Below, piece by piece: positions 43,701 through 53,400 of a stretch of 64,000 bases of DNA. Where the stretch lies: positions 56,210 through 120,209 of the forward strand of contig DF237208.1 of NCBI GenBank assembly GCA_000708835.1, given 5' to 3'. The notes beneath the pieces are model-generated. The model worked only from the letters and a program-made list of their open reading frames with translations, ran no database searches and had not been told where the DNA came from. Position 1 is the stretch's first letter. Each line of letters begins with the position of its first letter. The DNA comes from Klebsormidium nitens (lineage: Eukaryota; Plantae; Klebsormidiophyceae). The translations under genes and the position numbers were made by a program.

Positions 43701-46475
43701 AGGATCAGCGCCCTCAAGGGATCCCTCTACATCATCGCTCAGGTCAGCCACCCAGTGAGGAATGACGTCACTCGCAGACGTCACTTGCATCCTAGCTGCT
43801 CCGTCGTGTCGCAGTGGGATACGCCGGAACACCGATTGCGCTCTTGCATAAAACCGCGCCCGATGGCGAGCAACAATAAAAATACCTCTAATAGTGTGAA
43901 CATATAATGTACTCAAGCTTTGGGAACCAAGTTCATCAATGCCCCATGGTTTTAAAGTGTTCCAAACCAGGTGTCCTTTCCGCCGATCCGACCTTTCCCC
44001 CGAAAGCGGTTCGATTCGTACTAAGAAAAAGAGGAGGAGGAGGAGAAGAGAAGAAAGAAAGAAAGAAAGAGCAGAAAGACAAAGGCCGAGTTGCCTTCTA
44101 CAGATGGTCGGCTCGATCTGCGGTGCCGCTATCGTGCACGCCGTAAACAAGACGCTCTTCAGTCAGACGAACGGCGGGGCCAACTTCGTGCAGCCAGGAT
44201 ACGACAAAGGTGAGCGGCGGGAAACGGTCATATTCTTTAGTCTTGTTCTTGCTGCGCTTCGGTCTTTACTTTACTTTCGCTTTTTCAGCTCGTCGGTCTT
44301 TCAATCTGCTCTCGCTTTTGCTGCTCTGCAACTGGATTCAGTCTCACATTCCATGCCAATTGTCTGCAAAACAAAGTCGAACGCTCTCTGCGCGTCCCTG
44401 TAGATAATGGGCAGACCAGATAAAGAGCAAAACGGCCTAGAAGATTTTCAGTGTATCTCATGACGACGTTTGTTCGATTGCTCTTATTGATTTCTTCAAA
44501 ACATTTTCGACAGGCGATGCCCTGGGCGTGGAGATCATTGGCACCTTCGTCCTCATTACCACCGTCTTCGCGGCGACCGACCCTGTGCGCTCCTGTCGCG
44601 AAGGGTCGCCCCACATCAGCGTAAGGAAACACTTTCCGACACAGCGTTGCGCGCAGCAGGATTTACGAAGAGGAGAATTGCCAGGATTGTATCGAAATAT
44701 GATGTCTTCTTCTCAATCCTAGTCCTCGCACATTAGTTAGCGCTCAGGTTTGACCCGTGAGTACTTCTGGTCTGAGCGCGTTTCGGTAGACCTTCGTGTG
44801 CGCTCACAGTTGTGTGCCTTGCTTTTACATACCCCACCCAAAACAGACCAATCGAAGATATGAACCAAACATCCACGCGCTCCGCACCCAAACCCACCCT
44901 AACCCTGAAGCTTACCCATCTCTCGGGCGTCTGTTTCAGGGCACACTAAGCGTAGGGAACCCGAAATTAACAGAGGGTTTCGCTTTTTCGCAGGCGCTGG
45001 CGCCCTTCGCGATCGGCGTCGCGGTGTTCATCGTCCATTTGGCGATCATCCCGATCGACGGCACCAGCATTAACCCCGCGCGCAGCTTCGGGCCCGCGGT
45101 CATATACAACAAAGACTTTGTGTGGGACGACCAAGTAAGCCGCAAAAAGAATTCGTGAAAATATTTTGTATTTACATACTTGTAAAATCATCTTATGGTT
45201 AGAGTGAGTAGTTTGTCCGTTTATACTTCGTCCGTTGTTGGAGAGGTTGCTTGGAGTTTTGGACCTGGGGTCATCTACAAGAAGGACTTTGTGTGGGACG
45301 ACCAAGTAAGCCGCAAGAGATTCTAGTACACGGTTCTTAACTGATGATACCGTACTCCTTTCTGTCCTTTATACTCTAGTCGTTGTGGGAAGACTCTGCT
45401 TGGAAGTTTGGACCTGCGGTCATGCACACAACGACTCTGTGTGGGACGAGTTGGACGACCAAGTAAGCAGCAAGAAAAGTTCGTAAGAATACACCCTTTT
45501 TATCTGATGGTGACGTTCTCCTTTCTGTTGGTTATACTTTCGTGTTCGTTCTACGGAAGACTGCTTGGAGCTTTGAACCTGCGGTCATCTACAACGGATG
45601 ATTTCTGTGTAGTAACGACAAGGCAAGGGAGCGAGATCAGTTCTGTGATTCCTTCTGATCATTATTATGTAGTATAGTCTTTAAAGTCGGACTCGATATG
45701 CTGTCCGTAAAACCTTCGTCCGTTGTTGGAGAGACTGCTTGGAGTTTTGAACTCGCTATCGTCTACAAGAAAGACTTTGTGTGGGACGACCAGGCAAGGC
45801 AGTTCGTGTTTGGGAAGCTTGGCATTCACAAAGGTTGTCAATGCTGTGCTTCTCGAGCATTTCTTTGTGGCCTCTTGAATGTTCTGCAAAAAGAAAGACT
45901 TTCTGTCGATTCACATCATAAGGTGGTCTTTGAACATCACAAGGTGGTCTTAGTCGCAGAGAGAAGCCGACAACGGTAGACTCCTGACGCTACTTGTGTC
46001 AACAGAATGCTTCGAGTCCTCGCTTTACTTCCTCTCTCAGGGTTTGATTACCGACCCCTCGCAATTCTCGAAACAACTCACGCCCGGTTCTCGAGACCGT
46101 CTGACATTTCCGTGGTCAGTGTACCGATTATACGCACATCTTCCATCGAATTTTCAGTTGTGGGCTTAGATATGTAACTTCGAAGATTGTTACGACGTCG
46201 GTGAGCCGGCTGAACACGTGTCAGGTGATCAGCGCTTCTGGCGAAGCCCGCGCCTCCAGCCAGAAGAGCAAGGGTAGAGCTTTGCAAAGGGCGCAAGCTT
46301 CCAACTTTAATCACGACAACCAGCGATTCTTCTGATGCTTTGTCTCCCCTCTCTCCCCTTTGCGCAGTGGATATTTTGGGTGGGCCCAGGAATCGGAGCC
46401 CTCGTTGCAGTGTTCGTGTACGAGTGGTTCATTCGTGGGGCGGACTTCCGGTCCATGCAGCGGAAGCATCAGTAA
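40798..46475 (+). CDS. PIP-like aquaporin (major intrinsic protein), 312 aa
   Basis: Exons 40798-40938, 41965-42185, 43628-43742 ([14 protein letters not shown]), 44104-44209 ([10 protein letters not shown]), 44514-44620 ([17 protein letters not shown]), 44994-45134 ([20 protein letters not shown]; 141 nt, like PIP exon 3), 46368-46475 (WIFWVGP). Two NPA motifs; ar/R filter F/H/T/R. Confidence 0.95.
41265..42040 (+). repeat. Decayed tandem copies of the aquaporin exon 2 5' end in intron 1
   Basis: ccggccactcg.ttcaactggcg.accgac motif at about 41268, 41385, 41535, 41710, 41848 and in the live exon at about 41974. Confidence 0.85.
42135..42855 (+). repeat. Decayed tandem copies of the aquaporin exon 2 3' end plus donor in intron 2
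   Basis: gaagct.ggcatctcgtt.gc.tttgggctg.cgtaag in the exon and at about 42339, 42486 and 42646; a more decayed copy at about 42812. Confidence 0.9.
44024..44080 (+). repeat. Purine microsatellite (GAG)n/(GAAA)n in an aquaporin intron
   Basis: aagaaaaagaggaggaggaggagaagagaagaaagaaagaaagaaagag. Confidence 0.8.
45085..45800 (+). repeat. Decayed tandem copies of the aquaporin exon 6 3' end plus donor
   Basis: gactttgtgtgggacgacca.g.aag and related text in the exon and ending at about 45310, 45467, 45626 and 45798. Confidence 0.9.
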
Positions 46476-47492
46476 GCGGAGCGGAACGGAACGGGGCGTA
46501 AATTCTGATAAACAGAGCGGAGCGCAGTACTATGGGGTTAATAAGAGGAGCTTAGATTGCTGAAGGCTTAACTTCAGTGTGAGAGTGCAACGAGTACAGA
46601 CGTTCGGCTTTTGGTTTTTATCATAGGAATGCCGTACTAAGAACAAAGTTCGGACATTAGCTTTGAGGGGACTCAAGTCAACATAGTCCTGGAGACTTAG
46701 TGGGTAGCTGGAATGATGATTGCTGGATTTTCAGTTCTACGAGATGTTTCAACTGCGCCGGTCAGCTTGAACACTGTAGGAAACCAATTGAGCATCACCG
46801 TTCCATTCAAACAAATGGAGGCGATTGATGGCCTTCAGGAAACTCGATGCCGGGTTGGTTTTAGGGTCAGTTCAAAACGCGTCTGTGCATTGTGACTTTG
46901 TCCGACGACATGATGCATTACGGACAATCGTGAATTTGTGGCTAAATCATGTAAAGTAATCCAAGCCCCTGCGAAGTTGGTAGACTATAGCCCATAACAT
47001 AAAATCGTTAAAGCTTGAAGAAAGGAAGCCCTAAGATGCAGTGCGCATGCAGAAAGAGACGGTATAAAATGATACATAGAAGCCAGCATGCAGCCCAGAT
47101 GGTCATTCGTTCCTAAAGCGCGCGCGCATGATGGCCTGCATCGCTGAACACTGCAACGATGGAGCGAATTTCATGGTAACAAGAGAACCGTTCGATGGGC
47201 GGCAATCGGAAACCTAGTTTGATACCCCACCTACTTGATTCATTGCGCGTGCCCTAATTATCAATCGTGTGGCCCCAATACAGAGAGGAGCTCTTATATT
47301 CCTCTTTGTCCTTGTATCTTTCTCCTTGTCTCTTTCCTGAGCATCCTCTATTTCCTGCCGATGCTTTTCGAGTGGCACTTCTATCAAGATATGTGGGCCC
47401 GGCTCGAAAGCTTGCAACTGATTCGACGTTTCGCTGCTCGCTGATCCATCTTCTGAGCAACGGACTACTTTCTAGCGAAGACACAGGATTGG

Positions 47493-50400
47493 TCACGCCT
47501 TTGGGGGACTATTGATGCGCAGAGGGTGACAGGGCGGCGGGAGGCATCTCGCCAAGTCGATGGGACTCTCCACCTGCGCGTATCAAGATTCGAAGAATGG
47601 TTTTTCCTCTCCCTTCAAATCAGCATGTGAATCCAAACGTGGATATTGAATTCTACCGAGCTTTGCAGTTTTGTGGGCAAAAGACTACCACTGTCTTGGG
47701 ACACTTTTGGAAACGAATACGCTTTTTGGGTTTGAGATTAAAAGCCCCTATATCCAGCTTGCTCGAGTGGGCCACGTATAGAATCAGCCTGAATTCTAGA
47801 AGATTTTTAGAAGCTGTGCATCTCCATTTTCCATCAGATAACAGAATCAGGAACGCTTTCTCTAGCTTTGAGTTCGACCACAGGGGCTCCGGCCAAACGA
47901 AGGCTTCACTTATATCAATAAAATCAAATGCCCGTAAACCCCAGAAACTTTGCAACCAGGATTCAACGTTCACCGGCAGCAGCTCGAGGTCGCATTCTCG
48001 AGCGCGGCCGCCCCCTAGATGCGCGCGCATGCTGAAAACGCGTGCGCTAAAACCCAAAACTTAAACCCTTACAGCAGCAGTTGTCGGACTACATTATCCA
48101 GCGCGGCCGCCTCTGCAGTGAGCGCGCGCATGCTCAAAACGAGCGCGCAGAATCTTCAGGTTCTTGAAGACGTGGAACTTGAGCTCCCGGACCGCGTCCT
48201 CGAGCGCGGCCGCCTCCGCGTTGAGCGCGCGCATGCCAAAGAAGATAATACAAAACCCTGAAACCCCGCACCTTACCTGTAGTAGCTCCCGGACCGCGTC
48301 TTCGAGAGCGGCCGCCTCCGCGATGAGCGCGCGCATGCCAAAAACCAGCGCATTGAACGACAGCATCGCGCCGTTGTCCACGATTGCCACGTCGGGGTGC
48401 GCGAGCTTCGCCGAAATGAGGCCCGAGATTACATCCTCGTACCTAAAATAAGGTCGTCTGAGTCAGTTGTGTTCTTTGAGAAATGAAAGAGGAGTACACG
48501 ATAGGTGGGGCGTTGGGAGTTAAGAATCTGGGCCCTCAAGGGACGAGACCTAACGCAGCGGCCTTGTAGCGAAAAGGTCTGTTCAAATCAACTATTTTAT
48601 CTTGTATGCTCTAACGGAATCCATTGCTTTCAAGAAGGTGGTGTAATGTCGAAGGCATACCACTTATGAGATGTAGCTCTCGCATGGGAAGGCCGAGAGC
48701 TGTTTTGATTGAAGTCATTCTGGACGGCTTTTCAAATTGATTCCAGATCAGGCCCGACCTCTTCGGACAAATAATGTCCTGAATTCAGCATTTGATGAAT
48801 CAAATTTTGCATTGTTCAAATGACCCGGTTAAATCTGTAAGTCCGAAGCTTCTACGTTTTTGGAGCTGATGCAAGTCGAAGCGTTAATCTGGCACACAAC
48901 TGGCCTACACAGGACGTTTTAGCTGCTAACCATGCTGATTACCAGACCAAGTCTCGGGTTATCGGCCATATAATCGGACCTGGACCTCGTTCCAAGGCTG
49001 GTCCTTGCCCACTCTGGTTATTGAACAGTCAACCAGTTTTAAAGCAGCCCATAGCCAGCCCATAACCATCCCTGGTTAAGGGCCAAAAATCCCTGTGAGC
49101 GAAGATCGCTGTTGGGCCTCACCGGTGCTCGAATTCCTTCAACACCTTTTGGATGCTCCCGCTCCCCCGGGGGCTGACGTCACCGCCCATCGATGGAAGG
49201 GAATGCTGGAAGATCTGCTCATCCAACGGCGCGGGTTCTTCTTTCTTCGTTCCGTTCCGCCGGCCAGAAGTGTGATGCTTCCGGTGGCCCTCACTTTTGG
49301 GCGACTGGCTTTCCGCCGTTCCGTGCTCCGGTGCACCGGAAAGGAGATCCGTTGGAACGGAAGCGGTCCCTCGATCTGTCCAGTTCCTGGCCGCGAGCTC
49401 TGTCAAAGCGGACGCACCTCTACTGTTTTGTCCGGTCGGCTTAACCGGGGGTAAACATTTTGGATCTTGCTGCGCGTTCTTGTTTTGCTCTTGTTTTTCT
49501 CTCGTCTCAAGATTTCCGCTGCAAAGTCCGGCACTCTGTCGGACGCCGTTCTGGTCTTCCGCAACTCTGCTCCGGGCGTCCGCAGCTCCTTTCCGGTCAC
49601 TTGAGATTTCGCCTACATGCTTAGACGCCGGAACCAACTCCATACTTTTTGCTTCCGGACTAGGTGAAGACTTCTTCGCTGGTTTCTTTTCGTTGGTATG
49701 TATTTGTAGGGCGACGATGAGCCCGTCCAAAGTCAGGAGGACTTCCGCTTCGAGCGTGCGCAGCGGACCTCTGCATAAGCGGAGCGGAACGGATCAAAGT
49801 GGGCGCTAGCTTGAATGAGACAAGAAATCGGATGACAGACAGCTGACTTCCGCCACCAATCCAACATATTTTGAACTGTATTGAGCTCAACCAAAGCAAA
49901 GATCAAGATGAAGGTGAAAAGGACCACGCCACAGCGGGAGACCATGCGGAGGAAACACGGAAGCCCTACGAAATTGCAAACGAGGTTGGTTGGGCACCAG
50001 GCAGGTTCTCAGAAGGAATCGTAAAAGAATGGGCTTGGGGCTTTTAGTTTTGAGGAGGAAGAGGAGCTCCTCTGGAACGGCCGAAAGATTCACAGTTTCC
50101 TTTTTACATCAAAAGTATGTAGTCGCCAGGGTAATCTCAATCCAACGCATCGTTAGATTCAACAGTCAGAGACGCCCGGCGCTATCGATTTATCCACACC
50201 CGCAGCCTCATGGTTTGAGCGTGCAATCTTACGAGTATCTTCGTAAGCGTCTGCGTGTAAAACGGTCGAGATTTCAAAAAAATCAGGAAGGAATTTGAGA
50301 CAGACGAAAGAACGACAAGCGGGGGGAAAAAAGGAGTGGGAATGCCACGTACTGGAGCGGCCGCGCCAGCTTCTCATAGTGCTCTCCCGACGCGTCCTTG

Positions 50401-53400
50401 GTCGTGGCTTGCAACGAACAGTCCATAGCGTACTGTTCAAGACACAAGAGCGGATGTAAGTGCGCGCGCGTTAGGCTCCAGTTACAATGAAGCGGGAGGG
50501 ACCGGAGCTGGGTTACATATATGTTAGGCTTAGAGATGGGTGCATAAGATCACGCTACCGCAGTTTAAGACATCTTACAGCTGGCATGATATGATTGTCG
50601 GGGCCACCAGACAGTGCGTGGCTTGAGCCGGTCAAGTTGTTGCTGGCGATAAAAAGAGGCGCAGAAAAAAGGCGAAGGAACTTTCCGCACAACATCTTTG
50701 AAAATAGTTTTAATATGGACCTTTTAGAGGTGCTGCTTCAAGAAGTTTGACCATCTTTGTAATGTGGGCTTTTGTAGAAGCGATATTTTGGCTGGAAGTC
50801 GTAATTACCCGCAACAGGCGACCCGCTTTGCAATCATTTCCACCAATCGAATAGACCCCTGTCCTAGACAGCTTTCCGGTCATTTAAATCCAAGTTGAGC
50901 ATATAAAAGAAGGTTTCTCCAGGGACCCTGAGGGGTGGTTTGTGAGAAAGTCTTACAGAAGGCAACATAACCCGTTTTCGAAGTTCCACCAGTCGGACAT
51001 ACCCCTGGCCCACAAAGAGCTTCTGGTTCGTCACGTTCAGCATTTGCATTTGAGCATGTAAAAAGGAAAAGTTTCCTGTAAATCTGAAGGGTGAATTTTG
51101 AGAAATTCTTACCAGAAGCAACATAACCCGCTTTTGCAGTTCCACCAGTCGGATGTACCCCTGACCCACAAAGGGCGCCCGCCACAGGTCGGGCTCCGCC
51201 GCGGCCTCGTCGATGAGCGGGCCCTGTTTCGCGATCAGCGCGCCGCAGCGCTGCTCGGTAGACGCCACCCGGGCAATCGCGCGCTGCCGACACCTGCCCG
51301 GGAGAAAGCACCCGGCTAAGAAATATAGAGGTAAAAGGAAAAGCTTCTCGAGGGATTCCTGGGCCAAGTGAGACATAGCCGAGGTGGGTGCCCGGCGCAA
51401 GCCTCAAGGGGATGTGTCATCTGCCCGGGACAAGGCCCGGGGCTTACGTCGCAGGCATTGTGGGGAGTAGAGCACCCAGCCCAAGGCCTTCCGTGAACAG
51501 GAACAAGCTTGTTGAGACGAGGTCCCAGGTATAGTACTGGGTGCTTGGGATACTGTCCCGGGGCTTAGAGACACAGAAGCATGTTATGAAACTGGTCGGG
51601 AGATGGTCTCAGGAAGCGGAGCCCGGCGCCCAGTCAGGTCTTCAAGCTCTTCGCTCGCTTTCACGATCTCCAGTTCCACCGATTCGCGGGGTTCCTCAAT
51701 TTGTGTTTGACAGGGTTGGTCTCTCGTCTCGAATACGCCGACTTAGACTCTATACCTGCCTTGCATCCGCGTTCCTCTTCAGCTTGTTCCCTTTTTCCGT
51801 TGCTCTTGATGAAGGTCCAGCACCTGTTTACAAGGATTCTCTTGAAAATACCAAAACAATAAAACCAGAAAAAGAGCAAGCTACTCACTGCACGCACTCG
51901 TCCTCCATGTACGACTGCACCACGGCCGCGAAACACGCGCGCGCGTCCTGGAGCGACGCGACGAGCGCGCCGCGCAGCAACGCGGCCGCGCGGCTGGGCC
52001 ACAGGCAGGTCTCGACAACTAGGTACGCGAGGATGCCAATCCACGTCTGATGAAAGACAAGACCCTGACGTCAGGAATGACGTCAAGCGAGCAGCGTCGC
52101 GCAGTGACGCGGCCGCGCGGCTGGGCCACAAGTAGGTTTCAACAACTAGGTACGCGAGGATTCCAGTCCACATCCGGGAGACAGGTGGGTACGACGTCAG
52201 CGGGAGAGGATCCGGCAAGTTCGGTTCAAGCATCTGTAGTCGGTTCCTCGACATTTTAATGAATAGTTGGCCTTGAGAGCTTGACTCGCGTCGCTCCTCT
52301 TTGTCTTTAAGCAACTGACATTCACTGACTTCAACATTGCGGGAGGGGCTTCATCTCCTTTCTTACCTGCCCTCGTCTAGAACTGGTGGCGGTTTCAATA
52401 TTGCGCGAGCTCTCTGAAATCCAGGAATACCAGACAGAATGTAAGAGGACCTCGGGGCTCTTAGGCTGCGCAGCTGGCATTCGACTTTTTTGGCGCTTTC
52501 AAAACTTGGAGACGGACTCCTCCATTCCAAAAAAAAGGTTCTTTAGGAGAAAACCTAGTAAAAAACGGTTTCAGATTTGAGTGTGTGATAGATTTACCTG
52601 TGTGATCCGCCCGAGTGCGTATTCCTTGATCCCCTCGTGGGCCGCCCGGTAGCCAAGCATTATGATGGCCGCCGTAAAAGCCGCCACGACGCTGCAGTAA
52701 CCGTACGTCTTGCTGCACGGAACGCGCGAAACCCCGGGTTAGAGGAGCTCTTGTTTGGACAACGATCAAGGCTTAACCAACACAGCAAACTTCTTCAGGA
52801 AAACTTCGGATTAGCGGTGGGTGAAGGCGTAAAGATGCAACGTACGACAGCCGAACATCATCGTTTTGCAGGCATGCACCTTCCTTGATGACGTAAGATT
52901 TTCGTTGCTGTGATGAATCAGCTTGGGAAATTCTGCAGATGGTGCTACTCATCTCAATCATTACATCGTCCTCTGATCGGATCTAGACCGAAGAGATTAT
53001 CGGCTCGAATTATCCAACAAGAGGGAAGCTGGGGGCTTGGTTCTTTCGTTCGCCTTGTCATTCACCTGACAGCATTTTACATGAGGCAATATGTGCGTGA
53101 AATTTCCTGGCGCAAAGATTCAATTAGGCCCCGCTAATTTTGATCCATCAAAGCGCGAAAAAAATCACATATGAGAGTATTTTGTAAAAGTTTTACCTAC
53201 CTGTATCTCGCAAAAGTGGCGAAGGCGACCCACAGAACCAGCAGCGCGCCGATCGCGACCGGCCGTTCGTGCACCAAGAGGATCGAAATATATCCGTACA
53301 TGGACCCCGCCACAGTGCCCTGCACACACGTCAGCGAAAAAGCTTTTCCCCTGATGCTTCCGGAACTTCCAGGGAAGATGCTGACGTCATAGTCAACCCT

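Noticed and set aside
41265-45800. Repeat-spacer-like arrays that could be read as CRISPR
   Set aside because: The repeats are degenerate copies of host exon ends inside spliceosomal introns, the intervening sequences are related to each other, and no cas genes are present.
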